NCBI GenBank assembly: GCA_000091205.1
Contig: AP006499.2
DNA length: 64,000 bases
Direction: 5' to 3' (one strand)
Source: Cyanidioschyzon merolae
Taxonomy: Eukaryota
Position 1 is the first letter of the stretch. Every line of letters starts with the position of its first letter. Shown here in pieces: positions 1-11,303 of the stretch. The notes below the pieces were generated by a model. The model was not told the origin of the DNA and did not search any database. It was given only the letters and a program-made list of their open reading frames with translations. Both the position numbers and the translations under genes were made by a program.

Positions 1-871
1 CCCCCCATTCCCCCCATTAACGCGATGATCCCAGCGCGAATGCGTCTCTGATTTTGACGTCTATCAATCCATACTCGTTAGGGATATTCCTTCGGCGGTA
101 CGGTCTGGCCTCCTATGCATATGACTTGTTTTTCATCTAGCGTACCAGAGCCATTAGGGAATTACCTCCGGCGCTATGCTTTTTTTGGTCTTGCGGACTT
201 GCCCACTGGTAAGACCGGCGAAATTGCTGTATCGATACTGGTTTCGGGAAATCGTCCATCCCGCTGACCAGTCTCTCTCCCTTCCTCGCTTTTACTTTAT
301 CTCGGCTGTGCTGTTCGGTTCAGATTTTCTATCCTGCGTCGCGTTCCTGCCATGTGCATTCGCAGTGGCGTATCCGTCGCTGCTGCGGATGCATTTTGGA
401 AGGAGAGCAGCTCTGGCGTACCACGGATCGCGTTGGAAATGGTTTGCTTCATGCAACATAGGTTCAAGGACAATTTTTTTCTCGGGAGCCTTCAAGCTTT
501 TCTTGCAGACCTTTTGCCTGCGATAGCGTAAAGCGCTATACCATTCCTCTACCGCAATCTTGGTGACTCTTTAGCGTAATATACCCGCTCCTGGTTCAGG
601 ATCTCTTCTTTTGCCGAGGAGATGCTAAGGTGCGTCTTATCACTCGCTACTGTATTGTCTCTCTTATCAGAGGTTGGTAGAGTCTCGCTGCTTGCCGACC
701 CTCCGCCTAAATGTCACTGCTTGATTATACGCAAAGACTTCTTCCTTTTACTGTCTACAGTAGGTGACATTAGTACTTGCTATCCCGTTTGTGTATATTA
801 TTTTTTTGTACTTTCTATATCGTGCGCCCTGCTAACGCATTGCGAACTCTGTCCGCTACTTCACTCTACGT

Positions 872-3316
872 TCGTGTTGCCGATCATGAGAAACGCGGTA
901 TTGACCTGTTCTGGAGCGACTGCTCTTTCGGGGCCGCCTGCATTTGCGATCGAATTGTATCAAAGTATTGCTTTGGATTCAATGGCGTTTCTAACTTCCA
1001 GTATGTGTATTGTACTGATGTTCGCGTTCAAGGCAGAAGCGTCCGATATGTTGTTCACTTAAAAAATGTCAGAGTTTTGTAATTTGAGGTTGTGGGTTGT
1101 GGATGTCCTGGGTTGCCTAGTTTTGGAACAAACGAGACATAGTAGCTATTGCTGAGGACTAGGAAAAGAAGAGGAAGCAAAATGGGGAGGCGGTACGACG
1201 AAGGCTGCAATAGTGACATCTGTACGACTATATGGTTTTGTGATCCTGTCGTCTCCAACTTATCAATGATCCGTACAACTGAATGTTCCGAGATGCTTTC
1301 AGAAACCGCGTCGATTCGCACTCCAGGAATGCTTGTAAATCTTGTTTAGGAGTGACGCATTTGCATATCGAGCAGCATCGCGAAGTAACGCACATCGCAA
1401 AAGTGGTATTTCCGGAATAGTTTTTCAAAGAGAATTCTATCAACCACCTGATTTCTCCGAATAGGGAAGCATCAATGAGAAGAGAGCGGGCGGATGCCTA
1501 CCTCAAAATTTACGAGAAATTCCGCGACAACGGTGCTGGACACATGGGTGACGCAGGTATTTACGAATACAGGGCAATGAGTTGCCTCACGAACGCGTGG
1601 AACCAAAAAGTCTTAACCGTCGTCTTTTTCATGATAGGCGCCCCCATTGCGCTCTACGCGGGCCCGTTTCGCGAAGGGATGCGGCCAATCATCGATGTTA
1701 TCAGGAACGATCGCCAGCATGAACAGGAGACCATATCCGTCGACAAGGTCATATCATGCTGGTTAACGAATGACGCTTCTCTTATCCGCGCCACTAGTTT
1801 AAAGCATCGTTCGGTCTTGGGGCTTGTCAACCCATGAGAATTATTTTCAGATATGAGTAAAGACGAAGAGATTTGTTACACCCTCCTCATGTCCTACTCC
1901 ATGCTTTTGGACCGAGAACTCGAACGCAAGGCCGAAATGGAGCTGAATATGGTTTCAATGAATTGTTGGAAAAAATGGCACTGAAGAGCTTCTCCAGATG
2001 CGCTTTATTTCGGTCGATTATGCGAGTTCAAGTCACATTTTGTGAGTATCTACTCTAGATTTCTTTACGCCTTCAAGAAAGTGATTTATCCAGTGCCCGA
2101 TAGAAGCAACAAAGAGGTCACTGGCGAAGACCGGGACACCTACTGGAAGTATAACTTCGATTGCAAGCGTCCGATACCGGCCAAAAGAAGGTATTCACGG
2201 GGCCATCGATGACGACGGGGTATACATATTGGTTCACTTTCAGCGGTTGCAGGCACTTCGTCCTATCCCGTCTCCGTTACCGCCCTTGCCGAAGCACGAA
2301 AACAAGACGAAAGGCCACCGGACGTATCGTCTACACGAGAACGACTTCGTCGTCGGCCTTTACTCCTGGAATACTGACGTGATTACCATCGCTGTACCCA
2401 AGCGTTCGGAAGATTTTACTGAATGTAGCTTACGTCAGAAAGACATGCGTCTTTTTCAGGTTCTCGAGATCGAGGTACTACCGAGAAGCGGGAATCATGA
2501 ATCCGAGGGAGAAAATTGAGACTTTAAATCCAGCAGTGAAAAAGCATCTGGAAGTAATTAGCGAGGTGACGAGCCGACGAGCCGACTCTCAGGCCTGTCG
2601 AGAATTGAAGGAGGTTCGTTTTGTCCACTGGGATTCGCTGTTGAAGGAGTATAAAAGGCCCCGGTGGGCTAGTCTACCTATGAGTCCTTACTGTGGTAGG
2701 CAGCGTTCATTCGCGAACTTTTTCAATGCGTTGAACGCCTCCAGGAGAATGAGAGTCAGTGGCTCATAGTAGCCTGTGCAGCAGGGAGCAGGGCTCCAAA
2801 AAAGCGGACTACGCCAGCTTCGTCGACGAGGACATACAATGCGTGTGCACGGCGTTTTCTTACAATCCCTGTTGATGAGTTCCGAACATCGTGTACACAC
2901 CATGCGCTGGGCTGTATACTTCAGAGGGTGGAGATGGAAAAGTGTCAGCGCAGCCCTGGGGAATTAGCAAAGTACGGACCGCTGACGGAACTGCAAATGG
3001 AAAGAAGGGCGAGAGTTCCTGAACTACTTGCATTGGCAAGTACAACGAATGAGGGCAAGAAACGGATGGGGTTTGTAAATCGTGCCTTTGATGCCGCCAT
3101 CTATTTCAGAAGAAGTGCGGTGCTGGAGAAAGTACCTCCAGAGTCGACATGAGAGAACTTTGTTTGACAACCTCTCAAAGTCGAACTATATGAGACAAGA
3201 TTGGACGCAGGAGTAGGTGGCCGGTCCAAAAAGACGGGGGGCGTCTGCATAGCAATGGGAGACTTCTCGCTAGGGCGGGCTTCTCGCCAGTACTGTACAC
3301 TGCCGGCGTCGTTCGA
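872..3316 (+). mobile_element. Fanzor/TnpB-like element, copy A (degenerate, full length ~2.4 kb)
   Basis: Left-end similarity to copies B and C (…acg|ttcgtgttgccg…aacgcg…) and right-end similarity (…ccagtactgtacactgccggcgtcgttcga). Internal ORF fragments are homologous to the copy B and C proteins. Flanking sequences are unrelated, so this is a transposed copy rather than a segmental duplication. Confidence 0.55.
1475..3152 (+). pseudogene. Decayed Fanzor/TnpB-like nuclease gene of copy A (multiple frameshifts; RuvC-I GADP changed to GLYSW; RuvC-III NRDFNAA changed to NRAFDAA)
   Basis: ORF fragments 1475-1837, 2229-2519, 2497-2769 and 2928-3152 align to copy B segments (…NDFVVGLYSWNTDVITIAVPKRSED…, …[19 protein letters not shown]…, …FVNRAFDAAIYF…). 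The GTGAGT site is conserved at 2042-2047. Confidence 0.5.
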
Positions 3317-3375
3317 GTGTAAAAGGCGGTGGTGGCCTGGAAGCTCGGACTCGTCGTCGGTGAGCACCAGACGTT

Positions 3376-3412
3376 TCCGAACAGTAGCCGAACAGTAGCC
3401 GAACAGTAGCCG
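3376..3412. repeat. 11-bp tandem repeat (ccgaacagtag) x3, ~60 bp beyond the right end of element A
   Basis: Directly visible: ccgaacagtagccgaacagtagccgaacagtagcc. Confidence 0.8.
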
Positions 3413-3847
3413 AGCGGTTCCAAAGCACTGCACCAGTTGCCACAGGAGCGACGCCCAGGCACACGACCGGGTCTCGGGAAACGCTGCAGTTGCTGGTGTA
3501 CGAGCCGGTGCGTACCCGCCGAGAACGAGCTGGTCATCTTTGTCCGTGATCCCGGCACTCAAAGTGCACTCAGGCCCAGGCAGCTATTACCTCCTGTCCC
3601 TGGACGCGCAGGATCGCCGTCGGAGCGTACGCACTGTAAAGCACGTCAAACGTTCAAAGAGCTAGCTACTCGGCAAGTAGTTTACGTTCTTCAATCAAGC
3701 GCGGAGCAGCAGCAGCAGCGTCGAGCGCCTGCCTTTGACAGCGGCCTGTCCGCAGACGACTGCACACGCCTAACCGCTGCCCCTGGTGACCCCCGAGGCG
3801 GGACACTTTGGTGATTCCTGCGCCGGCCGTACTCCCACGGACCTAAA

Positions 3848-5545
3848 ATGGCGCCTGCTGTCAAGCGAAGAGCCGCGGACGCCACTGCCGCTTCGCTACC
3901 CGCCTCGTCGCCGTCAACTGAGCGTGTGCAGGCGGCAGACTTGGACGTCATGCATCAGGGCCGCACCAAAGTGGACACACCACAGCATGAGCACCAGGGC
4001 GCTCACCCGCAGAAACAACAGGCATCACCACTCGAACGACTAGTGCTGCGCTCGACTGCGCACGTACGCGCGAACCCGGACGCCTGGCTCACGGGTGCGC
4101 TCGTGCTGCTTGGACTGTGGACGCGCCTCTACCGGATCCGCTGGCCACCCGAATGCGTCTTCGATGAGGTTCACTTTGCGTCGTTCGCACACCACTACCT
4201 CAACCGCACCTACTTCTTTGATATCCACCCGCCTCTGGCGAAGCTCACGCTGGCTGCAGTCGCGAAACTCGCTGGTGACGTCCCGAATCGCGACTGGTAC
4301 GTCGACAAGGTCTACCCACCAGACAGCCGGTACTATGCGATGCGCGCGTGCGCTGGCGTCTTCGGGGCGCTCCTGCCTCCGCTAGGCTTCCGCATCGCCC
4401 GCGGGATGGGTATGTCGCGGATCGCAGCCACTAGTGTGGGCGTGTTTCTGCTCTTCGACATGCTGAACCTGATCGAGGCGCGCCATATCCTCACGGACTC
4501 GCAGCTCATCTTCTACTCCGCGCTATGCATCGATGCGTTCGTGCGGCTGTGGCGCACGCCTCCAGCGAGCCGCGCTCGACGCTGGGCTGCTGTGCGCGCC
4601 GGCCTCGCGAGCGGTGCAGCGCTCTCAGTGAAGTGGACCACGCTCGTGGTGCCCGGCCTCTTCGGCCTCGAGTCGGTTGCCGGCGCTGCGCTCGCCGCCG
4701 AGCCGCTCGAGTGGAGCACCTGCGCGATCGTCGCCGCAACAGCCCTGCTCTTGTACGTGGCGCTCTGGTACCCGCACTTTCGGATTCTGATCTATAATGG
4801 ACCAGGCGGTGACTTTATGAGCGCCGAGTTCCAGCGGACCCTCATTGGTCGCGACGGCTACGACCCGCAGGCCCGAAAGCCGCCTTTCCTCAAGCTCGTC
4901 TGGCAGCTCAACAAGGAGATGCTGCTGGCGAACGCGCGCATCCTCGATGAGCACCAGTGGCAAGCGCGCTGGCACACATGGCCCTACGTAGGCCGTGGCC
5001 TCCTCTACTGGAATCGCTGGCAGGAGGGTACGTTGGATGCTGACGGGCGACCGCTGCGCCCGCATCACGCCATGCAGATCTATCTGATCGGGAATCCGCT
5101 GCTGTTCTGGATGTGCTTGGCAGCGGTGCTTGGTACAGTGGCGGCAATGCCGTTCTTGCTGCGCCTGATTCGCCAGCGGAAAAAGCGTGGAACGAGCACG
5201 GACGCATGGGAGCGCTACCTGCGGCTGGCAACATTCCTTCTGCTTGGCTATGCTCTCGGCATTCTCCCGTACATGCCGATCCAGCGAAGTACGTTTATCT
5301 ACCACTACCTGCCGTCGCTGTTGTTCGCGGAGCTGCTTTTTGCGCACGCGGTCCTCGATCTGCCGGCGCTACCGTCGGTGCTGCAGCTGCCGCTCGCCGG
5401 TATCGTCTGGATCGTTGTCTTCTGGTGCTTCTGGTACTTCCGCGCCTGGGTCTATGGACACATCGCGCTCACCGCCGACGACCATGAGGCCATGCGCTGG
5501 ATCAAGTACACGTCCAGCGTAGGCGACAACAAGGGATGGCACTGA
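3848..5545 (+). CDS. Dolichyl-phosphate-mannose--protein O-mannosyltransferase-like (GT39/PMT family), no MIR-containing loop
   Basis: 565-aa ORF with FDEVHFASFAHHYLNRTYFFDIHPPLAKL (PMT N-terminal domain signature; compare yeast Pmt1 FDEVHFGGFA…FMDVHPPLAKM). The C-terminal segment resembles PMT_4TMC (WHTWPYVGRGLLYW). There are multiple transmembrane stretches. The ORF ends at TGA. Confidence 0.8.
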   Translation: MAPAVKRRAADATAASLPASSPSTERVQAADLDVMHQGRTKVDTPQHEHQGAHPQKQQASPLERLVLRSTAHVRANPDAWLTGALVLLGLWTRLYRIRWPPECVFDEVHFASFAHHYLNRTYFFDIHPPLAKLTLAAVAKLAGDVPNRDWYVDKVYPPDSRYYAMRACAGVFGALLPPLGFRIARGMGMSRIAATSVGVFLLFDMLNLIEARHILTDSQLIFYSALCIDAFVRLWRTPPASRARRWAAVRAGLASGAALSVKWTTLVVPGLFGLESVAGAALAAEPLEWSTCAIVAATALLLYVALWYPHFRILIYNGPGGDFMSAEFQRTLIGRDGYDPQARKPPFLKLVWQLNKEMLLANARILDEHQWQARWHTWPYVGRGLLYWNRWQEGTLDADGRPLRPHHAMQIYLIGNPLLFWMCLAAVLGTVAAMPFLLRLIRQRKKRGTSTDAWERYLRLATFLLLGYALGILPYMPIQRSTFIYHYLPSLLFAELLFAHAVLDLPALPSVLQLPLAGIVWIVVFWCFWYFRAWVYGHIALTADDHEAMRWIKYTSSVGDNKGWH

Positions 5546-7573
5546 AAACGACGTTATGGGAATATGCAGGCGACACAGCTCAGCAGCGTGCCCTCAAAGG
5601 AGCGCCTCGAGTGCGCAGCGGCGTTGCCAGCGGGAAATTTACCGAGGCGCACGCATCGTGCGCGCCCATGCGTGTCACGGGCACGCACCTCGATGCGTGC
5701 ATCGATACCCTTGACGCCTCCATGTGATCGAATCCGCTGGGGATGCGCATGTGTGCATGCTCCAAGTGTATTTGTGACATGCGTGCCTCGAACGATCCTT
5801 GTTTGTGACGCCTGCTTGTGCGTGTAACCGCTGGGAACGCATACCTGTTGTTCTTCCAAAGACACGCACTAGACGCAGGCCTGGAAAACGCATCCTCTAG
5901 GACTTGTAGGCAGCAAAGTGGCGCACTGTCGAGCACGTCGGCACTGGGAGCGTGCTCAGCGCACGCAATAGAGCGCACAGTCTCGACTGAGGTGAAGAGG
6001 CTTGCGTCATAGATTAGTTTGTGAACTCGAATCTCTCGGCGACTGGATGCGTGGACTTTACTGACTGGCAGCTGTCGCCCGTATGGGGGGCCACAGCAGG
6101 GTGCAAGCGTGACGCTACAGTCGCTCTCTGAGAATGGACGCTACTGTGTGCTCATCAGCAGGGCTCAGTGCGCCACGACTGGTGTGCAACGCCACCGAAC
6201 GCGTTTTTCGTCATAAAGGGGCGGTGTCCGTGCATTGGTGTCTCGGATATAGCACCATCCGCAAGATGCATCGCGCGCGCTCCTCCGCATTCGGATGAGC
6301 AATCGCTTCTAGCCATGCTGCAGCAGCTGATGCGCTCGGTGAATGCACGGGAGTGCCGTCCATGCCAGCGCCATCTAGGTGTCCGCGCACGTCGGGGCCG
6401 ATTCGCACTGCGATACCAGGTGGCTCCGTGGCTTCGCGTCCATCGGCCCGCCATCCAAACCACTGCACCTATAGACGACTCGGCATCGCCCCGCTTCTAG
6501 CACACCGCCACCTGCTCGTGCACCCACGTTCTTGGCTGATTCGATATGACCGCGCCACCTCCGGCTATGCTGTCCAGTACGCGCAATCTGATTCCGTTAC
6601 AGCGCCGTGCGCTCAAGGGTAACGCACATAGACTCCGCCCGGACCCGGCATTGACATCGACGATGCCCTCACTCCGGAGCTGGATGGCGTCTGCGGCCAG
6701 GGCCGACACGCCATGGGTGCCGGCACCTGGAGGCGGCAGCCGTGTTCCCCGTTGAGCGTCACCTGCAATGCGTGCGGCCGTGCGGCATACGTATTCGAAT
6801 GATGCAACAATCCCGCAGTCGGCAATTCCCGTCTAGTGGAAAGCATTCTAAATCCTATCAATTCCAGAGATGCGCAGGCGCCGAGTGCGCCCAGAATCCA
6901 TACGCAAACGCATACAAAGCGTGATGCACGGCAATAGACGCCAAACGAATGTTCTAAGCCCTCTGCCGTTCAAACGTATGCTGCGCGGATCGCACAGACC
7001 GCAGCGGGCAGCGCCAGCAGTGCAGCCGCAGTGCAGCGACATCACTGCCGAGAGATAATGAACGCGATCAAGAGTCCTACGAGAACACCGCCAACCGTCG
7101 CTACACCCGTCAGCAACATAGTGACGTCAACCTGGTGCAGTGGGCCCACGTCCAGGAGGACCGGCTCACGTGCGCCTATCACGAGGAAGCCCGCTTGAGC
7201 CAAGGACATACCTGCCAGTGCGCTGCGGTCAAGCGACGCTCGCAGCTGCACAATCGCAGCCTGCGGGCGCCCAACACGGGACCCTTGCAGAGCACTCGAG
7301 CTCCGGTGTCTCTGCAGGACTTGCCCGAGCACCCACGCTTGTTTGCGATCTTGCAGGCTCGCCGGGTGCAGCGGTGTCCAGCGCCGAGGCAGCACCTGCG
7401 ACAGCGGCGTTCGTTCGGCACCCGAAGCGAGCCTCTCGCCAACTACAGAGAAAGCATGCAGTTGCACAAAGGCCACGTCCACGGGCAGTACCTCGAGGCA
7501 ACAGGACGCACTCGCTTCCCGACCCTTGCCGGCCGAGCAGCTCGTTGGCGCTGCCATAGCAGAGGCCTCAGCA

Positions 7574-7630
7574 CGGTATCGGTATCGGTATCGGTATCGG
7601 CACTGGCACTGGCACCGGCACCGGCACCGC
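7574..7630. repeat. Compound hexanucleotide microsatellite (cggtat)4(cggcac/tggcac)5
   Basis: Directly visible in the sequence. Confidence 0.85.
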
Positions 7631-7720
7631 TGCACACGCTTCACGGCAGTGTCCTATTCTGTGCCTGTTGTCGATCTGCGGGCGTAGCGCAGCACGCGTT
7701 GGCGACGCGCTGCACGCAGC

Positions 7721-7766
7721 GCATGCATGCACGCACGCACGCACGCATGCATGCATGCATGCATAC
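7721..7766. repeat. Tetranucleotide microsatellite (gcat/gcac)n
   Basis: gcatgcatgcacgcacgcacgcacgcatgcatgcatgcatgcat. Confidence 0.85.
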
Positions 7767-8920
7767 AGCGATCCATGCACTTGGGTGATGTTTCCAAGTT
7801 CAGCGCCCGTACCCGTAGTCTACGGGGTGTATCCATAGATAGATGCATGCGCAGGCATAGGCGCGTGCGTGTTCGTATGCGGATGGGCAACGGCTGTGTA
7901 AAGCACAGATCAGTGTCTAGCGCTGATTCGCATCTGTTCGCATGTGCGGAACGCAATCGTTGGTGCCGCAGTCAACATCAACGCCGTCGCCGTGGATGCT
8001 TCGGTTACAGGTGCGTCGATCGCAGCGAGCCTTTATAAGGGCTGCCTTGCATCTCCGCGAAACGCAATTCACATGCCGCAGTAGTGTCATGGGAGCACGC
8101 ATCGCGCGTGTGTGTGGATACAGTGACGTGTGGCGCTGCTAGAGGCTGCCTAGCCAACTGCCGCCAAATCCAATGGAATGCTGCATCATTGGGCAATGTC
8201 GCGTACACCATTCTGTCATTCCAGCAACAAGGTGCCTCATAGAATCTGCGGAACGTTCTGCCTTCTGAATCCTGCTGCGCACACAGATGCACCGGTAGAT
8301 ACCCTGCACACTGCACACGCATCGTGCATGCACTTCTACCAGCGGATACGAGCAGCGTCGGCATTCACCGCCGAACCGGAGCATATTCTATGTGAATAAA
8401 GCGCCCACACCCTGATCACGAATCAGAGGCTGCAGCGCCACCCAGGTCGGCCGGGTCCAGCGTGACGCATTCGCTAGCCGATACGCGACTCGTGCTGCTC
8501 AGTTGCAGCTGCTCGTTGTGCAGCCCGCCTGCGCAAGTGCAAGTGCTGCACACTGTTGCGCTCACCGCCAGCACAGAGCGTCGCATCCGAGGGCGTCCGC
8601 GCAAGGCACACGACCCGTAGCGGCCGCCTGTCCCGACAAGGACAGTCGCAAACCGCACGCTCGCCGATACTGATCTGTGAGCAATCACACAAGTGCAGGC
8701 TGTACAGTCTCGCAACGATCAGTCGATTGATGCGTGCCTCCACGAGTCAGCGCAGAAGATTCTATCCACTTTCAGCAGTTTTATAGAGGATAGCACGATG
8801 CTCCAGATGCGAGTCTATGGGATATCCGCATTATTATAGGCAATGGCACGTATCTATACAGTTTACTCTGCATAAAACTTGAGTTTCTATTCCAGGTAAC
8901 CCGAGCTCGCCCACTCGAGT

Positions 8921-9910
8921 TTATCTACCACCACCATGCCGTGATTCTGGCGCTGGGCCCTCAGAACGACTGCGCGCAGACTCCTCAGCGCGAAGGCGCA
9001 GCGCCTCTAGCAGCGCCTCCAGATCGTGCCGCCAGTCGCCCGCTGGTGGTGGCTCGATGCCAAACGCTGCGAACAGGGGACCAGCATCGCCGCGGCTGCG
9101 TCTCAGCGCAGTCGAAAGCGCCTCCAGCTGCTGCCGAAACGCGGCAGATTGCAGCACGCTCTCCAGGTCGATGCTGGATGGCAGGTACTCGCGGCACAGG
9201 GCAGCGGATGCAGGTCCGAGGCCCGGCTCGCGGAGAAGCCGCTCCAGCGCGGGGCCCCAGCGCAGAAGCGCCCCGAGGTCAGGCGTATCATCGGCGCGCG
9301 CCTGCGGCTGTCGACTTGCGTCATCCGCAGCATGCACAGCATCGGAAGCAGCGCTGGCCCCCAGACGCTGCAGCGCGTCTACGAGCGACTGCCCAAGCGC
9401 GGCGGACGACGGACGCGTCGCGCCGTCAGGTACCTGCGAGCTGAGGCCTGGCCCAGGTCGGGACTCTGCGTCGCTGAGCCGCACCTCATCTGCGTGATCC
9501 AAGCCAGCAGGGTCGTCCAGGGGACGACACTCGAGCGCGTTGCGCAGCCGCTGTGCCAGCCGCACGTCCGCGTCGCAGCGAGGCTCTTGCAGCCAAAAGA
9601 ACAGCTGTAGATCCGACGACGCAAAGCCCAAGACGAACATTCTACCAGTCCGGCAGGCGTGCACGCGCCGCCAGTTCGCGTCGCCGGGGAACACGATCAG
9701 GTCCTCCTCGATTGCACGGGTTGCGCGGTCGAGCCACTGGAAGTGCACGAGGCCGTCCGCGGCTCGCACGACACGGACGCAGCCCTTGCGGCCGTCCGAG
9801 TGCACCAAACCACTGTCCAGGTACGCGCGACCTGCGCGGAACTCCACCAGTACCTGCTCTGGAAGTTCGTCCATCTGGCGTTCCAAGCTTGAAACACGGC
9901 CGTCCCGCAC
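8921..9910 (-). CDS. RPN13: Proteasomal ubiquitin receptor Rpn13/ADRM1 (Pru domain plus C-terminal DEUBAD-like region)
   Basis: …VLVEFRAGRAYL…RKGCVRVVRAADGLVHFQWLDRATRAIEEDLIVFPGDANWRRVHACRTGRMFVLGFASSDLQLFFWLQEP… is near-colinear with the human ADRM1 Pru domain (LVEFRAGKM…KRKGLVYI…LIHFCWKDRT…EDDLIIFPDD…RVYVLKF…RLFFWMQEP). The true start is probably the internal Met (MDELPEQ…, ~9874). Confidence 0.75.
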   Translation of the reverse strand: MRDGRVSSLERQMDELPEQVLVEFRAGRAYLDSGLVHSDGRKGCVRVVRAADGLVHFQWLDRATRAIEEDLIVFPGDANWRRVHACRTGRMFVLGFASSDLQLFFWLQEPRCDADVRLAQRLRNALECRPLDDPAGLDHADEVRLSDAESRPGPGLSSQVPDGATRPSSAALGQSLVDALQRLGASAASDAVHAADDASRQPQARADDTPDLGALLRWGPALERLLREPGLGPASAALCREYLPSSIDLESVLQSAAFRQQLEALSTALRRSRGDAGPLFAAFGIEPPPAGDWRHDLEALLEALRLRAEESARSRSEGPAPESRHGGGR

Positions 9911-10968
9911 ACCAAAGTCACACTCGCTCCGAGCAGCAAGGCTCGACAGTCAGCCACGCGAAAGCCGGTGTAGCGCTCACGGGCTGTCCGGTCATGGACG
10001 CCGCACTAAAACGGCGGCAGTGGCACCAAGACCGAAACTGATAATAAAAGCTACTCCACCGACAATGCAGTACACGCTAGACGGTGCAGCAGCTTGCACC
10101 GATACGAAACGTTCAGAAGTATTACGAGAGGCGACACGCGCCGCGCACGAACGAGGCCAGGCGCTCTGAATGCCGCTCCGGGCATCGAGCTGGGAGGCGC
10201 CGGCGCCGCCACTGGTGACTGCAACCCACGAAGGGCGCAGTTCACTCATGGGGCGCGTCTTGGCCCTCCTGTGTGCCGTTGCACTGATGCCCGCACGTTG
10301 CAGCGCAAGACTTGGCGAAGCTGAATGACGAGCAGTGCATGACACCTGACGGCGAGCATAGCGCAGCGGTCAAGCGACTGCAGATTCCCGATACCAGAGC
10401 GCTCCGTCCAGGTCCCTGGTGTGTATCACAGCGACATGCTGCCCCCGAGGCTCTCGTAGACGCAGCGTGTGCGTGTCCGGTGCCTCTCGCATCCATGCGT
10501 ATCACAGAGAAGCGCGAGTGATTGCCAGCGCACGCACATAGTACACGTGTCCAGTGCGTTGCTTCCGTATGCACGCATCCCGAAAGCACCCCGAAAGGAA
10601 ATCCAATTGTACCACGTGAACCGGTCTCGTTCACCGATACGCTCTGTTCGATACGCGAATGTATGAGCAGTACAGCGAACAACCACGAAATCAATGTGCT
10701 GTTACCAGCGATGTGGCATGAAAGCATCAGCGAGCACATTGACCCCTGTGGAATCGCTTTGTCGGAATATTGCCCTGCACGGCTTGGCAGGATCGTCCAC
10801 CACAGGAATCGCACCGTGCATGACGCTGGCGTTCCGTCGCCATCGAACGCACCTGGTGTACTACGAAACCACCTGCCTGGCATGTCTCTGTCGTATCAAG
10901 CAGCGCATCCATCAATGAGTGCGCAGCTATTCATCTGAAACTCGCTGCCAGCAGGCCGGCATGCACGC

Positions 10969-11035
10969 CCCGTGCCGATCCCGTGCCGATCCCGTGCCGA
11001 TCCCGTGCCGATCCCGTGCCGATCCCGTGCCAGTC
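10969..11035. repeat. 11-bp tandem repeat (cccgtgccgat) x5-6, ~270 bp upstream of the FTR1 start
   Basis: cccgtgccgatcccgtgccgatcccgtgccgatcccgtgccgatcccgtgccagtccagtgccgat. Confidence 0.85.
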
Positions 11036-11303
11036 CAGTGCCGATTGGCGGCTGGCGTGCAGCATGCGCGTGCGCCATCAATATCGGAGGAAGCAGCACG
11101 AGCAGCAGCAGCAGTAGCGGTAGTCGTAGCGTCGTGGGAACCCGCCAACTTGTTCTCCCGCTCATTCTTGCCCGTTGCAGAGGCACGTAGGCGTAGAGAC
11201 TCACGTTTAGGTCGTTTTCTGCAAAAGAACACACTCGGTGTTCTTAAAGTACTCTCACGGGCTTTTGCATACCATCCCCGACCGTGCTAGTCCTTGCTTT
11301 ATC

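Noticed and set aside
1-30. ccccccattccccccatt at the window start looked telomere-like
   Set aside because: Only two imperfect units, with no extended array. It is more likely a chance C-rich run.
7042-7644. 200-codon ORF encoding RYRYRYR/CQCQCQ through the hexanucleotide microsatellite
   Set aside because: The translation is driven by the repeat, and there is no homology.
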